The notes: generated by a model from the letters alone, not told the origin. Shown: positions 1-11,029, counted from the first letter of the stretch. The stretch: DNA of 22,852 nucleotides from Octopus sinensis (GCF_006345805.1 NW_021836765.1:1-22852), one strand, 5' to 3'. Numbers and translations are program-made.

Positions 1-137
1 TGCGAGCTTATGCGTTGAACGAACGTGTGCATATGTGTTCTACTTAAAGTCATATGTTGCATGTGTGCATATATGTATGTGAATTTGTGTGTGTGTATGT
101 ACATGAGGATACGTTCGTGTATGTGTTTATTGAATAC

Positions 138-391
<254 letters not shown>

Positions 392-396
392 TACAT

Positions 397-736
397 CGTG
401 GCACTCAATCGATTACGACGATCAGGGTTCCTGTTGATACGATCAACAGAAGAGGCTGTTCCTGAAATTAACGTGCAAATGGCTGAGCACTCCGCAGACA
501 CGTGTACCCTTAACGTAGTTCTCGGGGAGATTTAGCATGAAGCTTATACAGGTATAAGAGAAACAGGAAGAAAAATTGAGAAAAAGTTGTGATGAAAGAG
601 TACAGCAGGGTTTGCCATCACCCCTTTGCGGAGATGTTTTCGCTCAATAAACACTCACAACGCCCAGCCTAGGAATCGAAACCGAGATCCCACGACCACG
701 AGTGCGCTGCCGTAACCACTGGGTCATTGCCTCCAC
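397..736 (-). mobile_element. Full-length tRNA-derived SINE (family B in this annotation)
   Basis: Minus strand has A-box-like TGACCCAGTGG (716-726) and B-box-like GGTTTCGATTCC (672-683). Its 3' body (AAGGGTACACGTGTCTG...GGAACCCT...GTGCCAC) recurs at 14158-14263, 17105-17240 and 11508-11550. Confidence 0.85.
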
Positions 737-779
737 GGTAATACATATGTTAAATATATATATATATTGTAAAATACAT

Positions 780-950
780 ATTGGTTTAGAATTTGGCACA
801 ACGATCTCAGTACTCAATTGGTACTTATTTTATCAACCCCGAAAGAATGAAAATAAAGTTGACCTCGGTGGAATTTGAACTCAGAACCTAAAGAAAAGCT
901 GCTTAGCATTTTGTCTCATGTGGTAACAATTTTGCCAGCTCGCTGTCTTT
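780..950 (-). mobile_element. SINE family C copy with internal deletion
   Basis: Reverse complement aligns by eye to 15453-15677 and 16067-16255 (GAGCTGGCA...TTCTGAGTTCAAATTCC.CCGAGGT..ACTTT...CTTTCGGGGT.GATAAA.TAAGTACCA; tail TTGTGC.AAATTC.AAACC). Confidence 0.85.
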
Positions 951-1044
951 ATCTGGAATATAATTAGAAAATCTTATCATACGGCCACGCCTACACCTGA
1001 TTCAAGAACAAAGAGATTTTGACGGGAGGTGACAGTCAGTTGAT

Positions 1045-1135
1045 TATATCGATGCCGGTAAATGACTGGAACTTTATTTTATCGATTCTGAAAAGATTTA
1101 AGCTAAATTCTAAACCCAGCGGGATTTGATCCATG
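1045..1135 (-). mobile_element. Degenerate SINE family C fragment
   Basis: Weak similarity to the family C core (ACTTTATTTTATCGATTCTGAAAAGA...GGATTTGA). Confidence 0.5.
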
Positions 1136-1139
1136 TACA

Positions 1140-2740
1140 AGATGATTCAAAATAGACCGTTTAATTTTGTAGCTGGGGATACCTTTGTCTTGATATTCCA
1201 GATGTATTTTGAAAGTACTGTTTCTCATTTTTTTTATCTTTGGCTAAATGTATATTATGTTATGTATATTTGGATTGTCATGAGTTTTCAGTAAGGCCTA
1301 CGCAGCAATTTGTGTCAATGTCGTTTTCATTGACTGAAACCCGGGCACTGGAAATAATTCTCTGAAAGAATTTACCGTTTACAGTTCATGTACTCCTATT
1401 AAGACAGTTGCACTGAGATGATAAATCATTTGTGGTGGAGGAATGATTTTTTCCTATTAAGTATAGATGAAGAAGAGGCGAAATTATCCGGGCAGCTGTA
1501 ATTTATTTGGGGATTATATCTGTTTAAAATTTTGTGGAACGTATGTCTACAAAGGAAGTGTTAACTGACTAAATTTGGGAAGTCTCTGATGACGGTGGAT
1601 TTGATGTTCAAATGGAAATAGGTTATACCATACAACTTCTTTTTTTCGGGGTATTTCTAGCATTAGGACATCGTTGTGGGTGATATATTCTAATATGTCG
1701 CTGAGGTCACTTCAGCTTATAGCCTCATTATACAGCATGGTTAAAAGTTTCATTAGACGATATTTTTTAAGTCATTTTACTGATGTTTCTGAGTAAGATT
1801 TTCAGAATATTAGGTGGGTGGTTAGAGCCTTTGTTAGTGTAATGTATAAGCACTTTACTGTAAGGTCAGTAAAAGTTTACAGATACGCTCACAGTAATAT
1901 CTAAAAAATTTACTAAGCTTGCATTAATACTCACAAAAGTCTTATAATCAAAACTTCTAAACTGCATTAATTGAATCTTTTCTAAAGTGATCTAATATAG
2001 GCGCAGGAGTGGCTGTGTGGTAAGTAGCTTGTTTACCAGCCACATGGTTCCGGGTTCAGTCCCACTGCGTGGCACCTTGGGCAAGTGTCTTCTACTATAG
2101 CCTCGGGTCGACCAAAGCCTTGTCAGTGGATTTGGTAGACGGAAACTGAAAGAAGCCCGTCGTATACATATATATATATATGTGTGTGTGTGTGTATATA
2201 TGTTCGTGCGTCTGTGTTTGTTCCCCCAACATCGTTTGACAACCGATGCTGGTGTGTTTACGTCCCCATAACTTAGTGGTTCGGCAAAAGGGACCGATAG
2301 AATAAGTACTAAGCTTACAAAGAATGAGTACTGGGGTCGATTTGCTCGATTAAAGGTGGTGCTCCAACATGGCCACAGCCAAATGACTGAAACAAGTAAA
2401 AAAAGTTTAAAAAAAAGTAATTGGTAATAGTTTTTATTACGTGATAGTATTAGACCATCATCTCTGTACAATCCCAATTTAATAAAGTTAGATATAAAGA
2501 GAAGATTGTCTGAAATAAATAACTATAAGTTACAGAATTCAGCTCCATCACAGAAGCCCGTAGAAATGTCGAAAAATTCACAGCCATTATGCATTACTCA
2601 GAAACCATCATCAAAAACTGGAAGGGACTTTCTGGCATGCATAATGACATCTGTGTCTAGAACTGTGATAGTGGCACATCTCGAGTAAATTATAAAGCTT
2701 TCACTAAAAAGACCTCGATGCTGAAAGAGTAAAAACTCAT
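1140..2740 (-). pseudogene. Decayed Penelope-like element ORF: reverse transcriptase plus GIY-YIG endonuclease, interrupted by a SINE at 1998-2405
   Basis: Manual minus-strand translation gives PLE motifs in the right order: HARKS (2625-2639), FD..GFCDGAE (~2538-2570), GLYRDDGL (YRDD 2457-2468), VNFLDIT (1899-1910), SNHPP (1812-1826), RKKEVVWYN, HKILNR..INYSC, CNC (1404-1412), VGLTE as the YIG-equivalent (1287-1301) and TVLSKYIW (1198-1224). Many stops and frameshifts. Confidence 0.93.
1998..2405 (+). mobile_element. Full-length tRNA-derived CORE-like SINE (family A) with internal TA/TG microsatellite
   Basis: Pol III-like head (TGGCTGTGTGG; GGGTTCAGTCCC 2052-2063), CORE-like GCACCTTGGGCAAGTGTCTT (2072-2091), tail GACTGAAACAAGTAAAA. 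Near-identical copies at 19115 and 22069. Confidence 0.92.
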
Positions 2741-3054
2741 ATATGACTATACATATAAACATACCTATATACATACATAAACAAACAGTTAGCTAGTGAT
2801 AGAGGAAGAGAGAGAGAGAGTAGAAAAAGAACTAGAGAGAGGCGCAGAAGGAGAGAGGCGGGAGGAAAACATAAATACTTCCATATACAAATTCACGTTA
2901 AGGAGTACAAGATAATTATCACTTGTCATTGTATTGCTCAAAGATGTACATTGACTTATGTTTACACAAAAATGTCCCATAAGTAATGCAGCGTAGGGCT
3001 CTGAAGTGTAAACGAGATCCCAACACACGTTTCAGACAAATAGCGGAAGTTGAT

Positions 3055-3653
3055 ATATATATATAATATATATATAATATATATATATATATTATATATA
3101 TATATATAATATATATATATACAAACATATAAGTATATGTATATATATATATATATGTAGTGTATGCGTGTGAGTGTGAACATATATATCTATGCACACA
3201 CACACACACTCAGACACATATATAACAATTCATATGAACGTACATATGAATATATGTGTGTATGTACATGTATATATATGCACGGTGGCATACACATTCA
3301 CGCATTTACACTTATATACACATACATACATAAATGCATATGTGTATATGTTTGTGAATGGTCATCCCCATATGCATATATGGCCTCACGTCTAACATGT
3401 ATACACACACACACATATATATATATGTGTGTGTGTATATATATATATATGAATATATATATTTACATGTAAATATAAGTATATACATATATATATATAA
3501 ACACATACATACATATATATATATATGTATATACATATATCTATATACATATATATGTATATATGTGTGTGTATATATATATATGAATATATATATATAT
3601 ATTTACATGTAATATAAGTATATACATATATAAGCACATACAGATATATATAT

Positions 3654-3706
<53 letters not shown>

Positions 3707-3730
3707 CAGATATATATATAGATTATATAC
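3055..3730. repeat. Compound (TA)n/(CA)n/(TG)n low-complexity tract with a ~70-bp internal duplication
   Basis: The unit ...TATGAATATATAT...TTTACATGTAA(A)TATAAGTATATACATAT occurs at ~3420-3490 and ~3561-3632. Confidence 0.95.
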
Positions 3731-4039
3731 CTAGTATGTATAAATGTATGAGTACATGTATGTGTATGCGTTTGCTTGTCTGTATGTGTGTGTGTGTATT
3801 TTCACAGATCCAAATGATATATATTTATAAGTCACTCCCTCCACAGACACAAACACGCAATGCCAAATATTTACAATCAGGCGTCATCACGATTTAACAC
3901 GGTGTACGTCATATGGGTTGTACAATGAATTATTCATATACACGCCGCCAGGATAGCTCCACTTGGGCGGTGGGGTGTACAGCCATACAGTTTTTCTACC
4001 TGCAAAGTCACCTCACTCACTTTGTCTCTCTCTCCTTTT

Positions 4040-4057
4040 CTCTATGTATATATGTGT

Positions 4058-4089
<32 letters not shown>

Positions 4090-4416
4090 ATATATATAAT
4101 ATATATTATATATATATATATGTATGTACATATATTCGTATGTGTGTGTATGTGTATATATATGTATACATATATATACACATATGTATGTATATATGCA
4201 CATGCATACGTATGTGTATATATATATATATATTATATATATATTATATATATGTATGTACATATATTCGTATGTGGTGGTGTATGTGTATATATATGTA
4301 TACATTATATACACATATGTATGTATATATGCACATGCATACGTATGTGTGTTATATATATATATTATATATATATTATATATATATATATAATATATAT
4401 ATATAACTTATATATG

Positions 4417-4456
<40 letters not shown>

Positions 4457-4891
4457 TATGTATATATATTTATATACATATATATACACACATGTATGCA
4501 AAAATATATATAAACATATATATTTCTATGTATATATAAATACACACATACACATATATATATATATATACATATATAAATATATACATATATATATATA
4601 TACATGCACATATATATATAAACATGTAGATATATATATCTACATGTATATATATATATATACATACGTATCTATATATACATATAAATACGCACACATA
4701 TATATACACACATATAAATACACACACGCATATATATTCTATGCATACATACACACACACGCGCGCAAACACACACATATAATGTATGGCGATATATGTA
4801 TACCTGTATATATATTGTTTATATATATGACATACAATATATACGTACATACATGCATATATGTATGTGCATATAACTGCGTGTGTGTGTA

Positions 4892-4958
<67 letters not shown>
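4040..4958. repeat. Compound TA/TG/CA microsatellite with a ~130-bp tandem duplication; ends in pure (TG)n
   Basis: GTACATATATTCGTATGTG...GCACATGCATACGTATGTG occurs at ~4120-4245 and again at ~4250-4385. Confidence 0.95.
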
Positions 4959-4959
<1 letters not shown>

Positions 4960-5250
4960 TCCTAACATGCTAGATTGCAGCTCCCAGTGATTATCACTGA
5001 ATTATTATCGCCTGTCGTGTCCTCAGTTTTTACTTTTTGTGGTAAAAAACATTTATATACAAACACACAATTACACACCTAATACGCACACACACACACA
5101 CATACAAACACATATATGCGAGCGCGTACGTTTGTGTTTGTGGATACTCACGTTTACACATATGTGTTTATGTGTCTGTGCCTGTGTATATTCATACATT
5201 CACGTATATGCATTTGCATGTATCCTAGTTATATATATCATTATTTTAAA

Positions 5251-5412
5251 CAGTTTTGTTTCGGCTCCGTGCGACTAAATGTTTCACAGGCTTCTAATAA
5301 AAAGGCGGGCCTTTAAGGTTCAGATTATCGATTCGGTAACCTGAGCCTGAACGTGTTGGGTTTCTGCTAGAAGTCCCCGAAACTTTAAATCGAATGGAGT
5401 CGAATCATACTG
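5251..5412. mobile_element. MITE-like element with imperfect terminal inverted repeats (CAGT...ACTG ends)
   Basis: Left arm TTATTTTAAACAGTTTTGTTTCGGCTCC (5241-5268) pairs with right arm GGAGTCGAATCATACTGTTTTAAACAATAA (5396-5426). Internal hairpin at 5316-5348. No ORF. Confidence 0.6.
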
Positions 5413-5770
5413 TTTTAAACAATAATAAATGTAACTACAACTTCAGGGGTTGAATGAGTTTTTTTCATTCGTTTGTTCAATTGCTCGTATGATATATATA
5501 TATGTAATATATATATATATATACAGTTGAAACACTCCTATCACAACCTGGGACCTTGAAGACAGATTTAATGCAAGAACGTATACTAGTCCCTTAATAT
5601 TTGATATTCAATATTTCATCTATTCAATAAGACAATCAATACTTTATTTCATTTTAGTATATATATATTATTTATACTATATATTCTATATTTTACATTA
5701 ATATTAAAAAAGAATATAAATAAAATATAAAAAAACAGAGTTGGAAATCCTTTGAATGATATATATATAT

Positions 5771-5999
5771 ATATTGTTATATTTCGTAATGGTCATTTTG
5801 CCAGTTTAGCCAATAAAAACACACGCACTATATATTTGGTGTTATTTTGCTTCAGTGTTATTTATTTTTTACATTAATCTTAATCTTATTTCGGCCAGAG
5901 TTCTTTCGTCACACTCCTGTGACCACATCAGTGGTCCTTTGTTTTTTTCTTTCTTATTGGCTAAACTGGCAAAATGACCATTCCGAAATATAACAATAT
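5771..5999. repeat. 46-bp inverted repeat (45/46 identical) enclosing a hammerhead-bearing spacer; probable Penelope pseudo-LTR with partial inverted copy
   Basis: 5771-5816 ATATTGTTATATTTCGTAATGGTCATTTTGCCAGTTTAGCCAATAA is the reverse complement of 5954-5999 with one mismatch. Confidence 0.9.
5893..5937 (-). ncRNA. Minimal type I hammerhead ribozyme motif (A9->U variant)
   Basis: Minus strand: GGACCA CUGAUGU G GUCACA-GGAG-UGUGAC GAAA G-AA-C UC^UGGCC. Perfect 6-bp helix II; helix I CCA/UGG; predicted cut between 5898 and 5897. Confidence 0.75.
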
Positions 6000-6094
6000 C
6001 TGTTTCAACACACGACTTCACATAAAAAATCTTGCACAACAAATATATAAACGTATATATATATCAAAATAGGCAACAGGATATCAAGAAGTGA

Positions 6095-6180
6095 TGCAGT
6101 ACGACCGTTTCAAGCGTCACCTTTTAATTGAACAATGCAATCATTACATCAATTTAAATACAGGGCTATCATCAGCTGCA
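6095..6180 (-). ncRNA. Type I hammerhead ribozyme with intact core and long helix II
   Basis: Minus strand: UGCAG CUGAUGA U AGC...(long imperfect AU-rich hairpin)...GCU U GAAA CG-GU-CG UA^CUGCA. Perfect 5-bp helix I, canonical CUGAUGA and GAAA, GUA triplet; predicted cut between 6100 and 6099. Confidence 0.8.
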
Positions 6181-7309
6181 CAAATAAATAACTAGAATTT
6201 TAATCAGTTGGACGCATTAATACAATTTTACTCAAATACTTTAACAGAGCACGAACATGGAAGAAATCTATGTTGTTGTTATTGTAGCTAAGAATATATC
6301 ACACTTGCAAGAAATGCATGAAACTTACTAGGGGCATAGTTTGTAAAGGATTGTGGTTCATTTTTTAATTTATTAGTATTTTTATCAACTACTAAATATA
6401 ATCCTAGAGGACTGAGTCTGTTTAGAATGAAGGGCAAGAGTGAGTTGACAGTTCATGGCTAGGTATAGTCATAAATATTGTCAAGATTTTAGGAGTAGTA
6501 AATTGGGTATAAAGTATCTGTCTATAAAGAAGGCTATAAAGGCAAGCAGAGTTAGCGGTTATAATAACCGACTAAGGCATAAAAATATCCGTATTTACTC
6601 TCGATATCAGTTACCTGTGCTATTTCTGGGCATGGGTATTTACGCAAACTATGCTCGTAGGGCCCAGGTAACAACAGAATAAACAAAAGTTTATTAGAAA
6701 TCAAATTTAAATAATCAGGAAATGGAGAAAACTTCTGATCAACAAACAGACAAATTGGACCACACGGTTGATTATTTTTTAATACAACACATAACATAAC
6801 AGTTCTTATGGCCGTATCGGCTTCCGTTGCCAGTCGGTGCTTATGAAAGAATTTCGAAAATAATATGTTTCATCCTTATAGAACATTCGATCTAGTACAT
6901 GGAGCTTTATCAGAGTAAATACAAATGCGTAAAGTATCGACTTCAAAGCTCCACGCTGGAAGATAGTATGATTTTAACATATTGAGACTCTTGGCAACTT
7001 CTCGAGGCCTATTTCAAACACTTTTATGAAAAATGCTTAAACACAAAGCTCTCCTAACATTCTATTTCTTAACATTTTCTTTTTAATATATCTGTGTTAA
7101 CTAATTTTTAGCACCACAAACGCAACACAAAGCCTTGCAATTTACTTTCGAAAATCTTTTTTTAAAAAAAGTGAAACCGGTCAAGTTAATAAACATCTTT
7201 AAAAGATCTCTGCATTTTCAGATCCTCTTTCCTATATATTTTCACTCGTGCAGTACGTTCTAATGTTACTTTGCTATATATATATGTTTAAAAAATTCCC
7301 ACTTATATT

Positions 7310-7367
<58 letters not shown>

Positions 7368-7446
7368 CATACATACACCATACATACATACATACAACAC
7401 ATACATACATACATACATACATACATACATACATACATACATACAT
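7310..7446. repeat. (TA)n then (TACA)n microsatellite
   Basis: Read directly from the sequence. Confidence 0.97.
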
Positions 7447-7650
7447 AGCTGAAATTTACAGAAAAACAAAAGACGTAGACAGGTGTATAAACAACAAGCA
7501 GGTGTATTAGGTTGATGCTTGGTTAAGTGAGAAAGTCTTTTACGTTTCGAGCTAACGCTCTTGAACAGAAAGGAATAAGAAAAAATAAACAGAGAGAGGA
7601 TAAAAAAAAACTTGTGGATTTAGCAATAAACCGTGCGGCTTGATCGCTAC
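7447..7650 (-). mobile_element. Short Penelope pLTR-like repeat with hammerhead-like motif; partial direct copy at 7808-7878
   Basis: TGAAATT(T)ACA.AAAAACAAAAGACG.AGACAGGTGTATAAACAACA..GGTGTA.TA.. occurs at 7450-7520 and 7808-7872. Confidence 0.65.
7537..7572 (-). ncRNA. Degenerate minimal hammerhead motif
   Basis: Minus strand: CUUU CUGUUCA A GAGC-GUUA-GCUC GAAA CG UA^AAAG. Helices I and II pair perfectly; core is mutated (CUGUUCA instead of CUGANGA). Confidence 0.6.
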
Positions 7651-7966
7651 ATATATACATACATACACACACACACGCACGCACGCTCACACCACTCATA
7701 TATATAATATATATATTATATATATATATATATAATATATATATTATATAATATATATATGCAAGTATGTATGTATGCATGTATATACATATAAATGTAT
7801 ATATATTTGAAATTACAAAAAAACAAAAGACGAAGACAGGTGTATAAACAACAGGTGTACTAATTTAACGCTCGAGAATATATGTATGTGTGTGTGTATA
7901 TATATATATATGTGTGTGTATATATATACGTGTATGTATCTATGTATGTATATATGTATATGTATG

Positions 7967-8007
<41 letters not shown>

Positions 8008-8014
8008 CTATGTA

Positions 8015-9280
8015 CAGGGTGCGGTGAATCAATTGCAGTCTAAATTACTCAAAAATGAAAATAAAAATAAAATCTCATTTTGACAGATACATTTACCAAA
8101 ATTACATAAAAATATCTTGAAAACTAATAAGTAAATTTATTCAATAAAATCGCCATTGGCTTCAACCACGGCCTCCAGACGACTTCGGAATCTCCTGCAA
8201 CTCTTCTAGACAGTTTCCTTGTTTAAGTTGGTGAATGCTGCCATAATCCTTGCCTTCATTTCATCTTTGGTGTTACAAGGAGATTTGTTGGTCTCTCGCT
8301 CAACTGCGCCCCACACAGTCAGGGGTTTGCATTGTGAGGAGCTAGGTGGTCAAATATTAGGGGCGATGTGGTCGCAGAAATTGTCTGACATCCATGATTG
8401 GGTTCTACTGCTTGTTTGGTATGGTGCAGAGTCCTGTTGCCAGACATAATGTTTTCCAGCAGCCACCTTCTTCACCCAGGGCAGCACTTCTTCCTCCAGA
8501 CACTTGATGTTGGCCTCCATGTTGAGTGTGAAGCCGAGTGAGAAGATGAATGTAGGCATAACATCACCATCACTAGTGATTGCTCCAAACACCATGATGT
8601 TGATTGGATATTTGATTTCCATCACTCTCAGTACATGTCTTGGAGACACGGCAACGTAATGCTTGTTCTGTGTGTTCACCATCTGATCGTGGTAGAAAGT
8701 TTTTTCTTCTGAGAAAAAATACGAAGCATTTTCGTTTGGAGAGGATGCTTGAATTTGTTTAAAAGCTTCGTAGTACGGTCTTTCCTCTTGTCCAGGATGG
8801 CTTAGGATAAAAATTGGCCCTTTCTCATCTTGTATGAGGAATACCGAATGTCTTCATTCCCTATCTACCTGATAGGAAACTCAGACACTCCTATGTTCCT
8901 GGCGATGGACCTCATTGAATTGGAGCGATCGTTGTCAATCATGCCCTGGATCTCACCAACAAATTCGGAGTTTTTTTTCCTCATCAGAACGATCAGCTCG
9001 ATTTTTTCGAGATACCGTACCATTGTAATCACCATTAGACTCATCCACTTCTCTTCGCGATTTCCTCTTTACTGTCCACAGATTGACACCCAAATACTCT
9101 GAAATATTCGTATAGGAGCTTCCGGTCCAAATTTCTGGCAGAGTGAATTGCGTCATGGTACTGTTTCTCTCACAGACGTTGCCCAGCTGACCCTACTATA
9201 CTGTATCGTCGACAAAATCAAAAACAAACAATGCACATGCTCGAAATTAAAAATATAAAATGGCGACAATTTACCCATCG
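8015..9280 (-). mobile_element. Tc1/mariner superfamily DD37D (maT) transposon, defective
   Basis: TA followed by CAGGGTGCGGTGAATCAATTG at 8013-8035; the opposite end (ACAATTTACCCATCG, 9266-9280) is an imperfect, truncated TIR. Contains a transposase pseudogene. Confidence 0.9.
8137..9156 (-). pseudogene. DD37D transposase pseudogene
   Basis: Fragments MTQFTLPE...ISEYLGVNLWTV, FFSEEKTF (first catalytic D->E), INIMVFGAITSDG, WQQDSAPYQTS, NI*PPSSSQCKPL, VWGAVERETNK...ANGDFIE*. The spacing from the QQD aspartate to the PL(D) position matches 37 residues. Stops and frameshifts are present. Confidence 0.92.
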
Positions 9281-9450
9281 TGATTTATTCATTCGCGATA
9301 ACCATAAAGCCAGGTTTTTTAGGCACACTTTCGTATACGATTTATTCTACTAAAAAATCTTGAAGACGGTAAAATGAATGAAACAAGTAAAAGATAACAG
9401 ATATACATATATATATACATATGTATATATATACATATTTAAATAGAGAA

Positions 9451-9492
<42 letters not shown>

Positions 9493-9631
9493 GATAAATT
9501 TACGTATTCACAGAGCTTTGAGGTAAGGACGAGAGATCGAGTCTATGTTTGTACATATATATATATATATTATATATATATATATATAATATATAATATA
9601 TATATATATATATATATCGTGAAGTATATTT

Positions 9632-9811
9632 GCCACCTAAATGTGGCTAACCCTTAAGGGTTGATACTGCTGTAGCTTGTAGCCCCAGGAAGACATCTCT
9701 TCCAGCTGGCTATTGAAGTCATCGTTCCCATCTCCAGCCTAACGTAATACATACGAACCCGAGTTTCTGGGTATTGACTCGTCATCAGCCAGCTAGAGGG
9801 GATGTCTTTCC
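9632..9811. repeat. Palindrome-rich fold-back segment, probably a truncated MITE
   Basis: GCCAC/GTGGC hairpin (9632-9647), perfect palindrome AACCCTTAAGGGTT (9649-9662), and imperfect 24-bp inverted repeat 9688-9711 / 9787-9811. Confidence 0.55.
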
Positions 9812-9950
9812 GTCTACGAAATCCAACTCCCAAAGCATTGGTCGCTCTGGGGTTATGGTAGAAGACAGTTGCCCAAGGTGCCGCTTAGTGGGACTGAACC
9901 TGGAACCGTATGGTCACCAAGCAAGCTTAACTACAGAACCATTCTTACGT
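9805..9950 (-). mobile_element. SINE family A, 5' portion, diverged
   Basis: Reverse complement reads GGTTCCAGGTTCAGTCCCACT..GGCACCTTGGGCAACTGTCTTCTACCAT...GTAGACGGAAA. Confidence 0.85.
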
Positions 9951-9954
9951 CTTG

Positions 9955-10122
9955 TGTATGTGTACGTGTGCTTGTGAGTGTGTGTGTCTGTGTGTGTATG
10001 GTTGCGTGCGTTTGTGTATATCTGTATATGTGTTGTGTGTATGTGTGCGTGCGTTTGTGTGTGTGCATGTATGTGCGTATGTGTGCCTGTGTGTGTGTGT
10101 GCGTGTGTGTGTGTGTGTGTAT

Positions 10123-10190
<68 letters not shown>
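9955..10190. repeat. (TG)n microsatellite
   Basis: Read directly from the sequence. Confidence 0.97.
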
Positions 10191-10192
<2 letters not shown>

Positions 10193-10879
10193 GGCCATGT
10201 TACCAATTGTGAACAGTTTTGAGACATCACGGTATAATTTATGAAATTTAGGCTGCTATTTCGAGCGAGACAAATGACCACAAAAAGACCAGTCTTCGTT
10301 GATTTGTAGATGTTTTCGCTCAGCTTCAGGGTCAGTGCAACCAAGTAGGCCAATGACTAAAAAGCCCTCCAATCGTGACCATCTTGTTCGTATGTACAAT
10401 AAACATCAGGCTATATTATCTAATACGTCTTCCATCTGCAATGGAGCGATTTGACTGCTCTTTCTAGCTTGTTGATAGACCACGTAGAAGATCGGTCGCT
10501 CGCTTTTGGCGAGGATGCTTGATGTTGATGATAATGGTGATGGCGATTAATAGCGGAAGGGGGGGGGCTTGTTTAGGGAGGAGAGGATGCTTATACGCAT
10601 CTATGTGAATTATTAAGGTGGTGGGGAGGGGAGAAATTTAACCACCGAGTCTTTTCTCTAAATAGTGTTTAGAGAGCTAGGAGGAGAGGGGAGAGAAAGA
10701 GGAGGAAGAGAGAGGAGGGAGAGAGAGATAAAGCAATTAATTATCCTGTTAATGAAAGTTAATATTCTGTGGAAAATCCTATCAATTTGTCACACACACA
10801 CAAACACCCCCCCCCCCACACACACACAACCATTTACATATATATGTCAATAAGAGAAACGACATATATACACACAACA

Positions 10880-10996
10880 TTCAATCATTTATGATATACA
10901 CATGAACACACAACATACAACACTCAAACGCGTACATACATATACATACACATAAGTGCATACATACATACATACATACATACATACATACATTCA

Positions 10997-11029
<33 letters not shown>

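Noticed and set aside
1586-1618. CTGATGA...hairpin...GAAA on the plus strand resembling a hammerhead
   Set aside because: It lies antisense within the Penelope coding region, and helices I and III cannot be formed.
2919-3050. Possible upstream continuation of the Penelope RT, or a GAAACGU ribozyme remnant
   Set aside because: No convincing protein motif and no CUGANGA; left unassigned.
5347-5385. CTGAACG...GGG/CCC...GAAAC hammerhead-like pattern
   Set aside because: The core does not fit CUGANGA, there is no helix I, and the stretch is explained as MITE interior.
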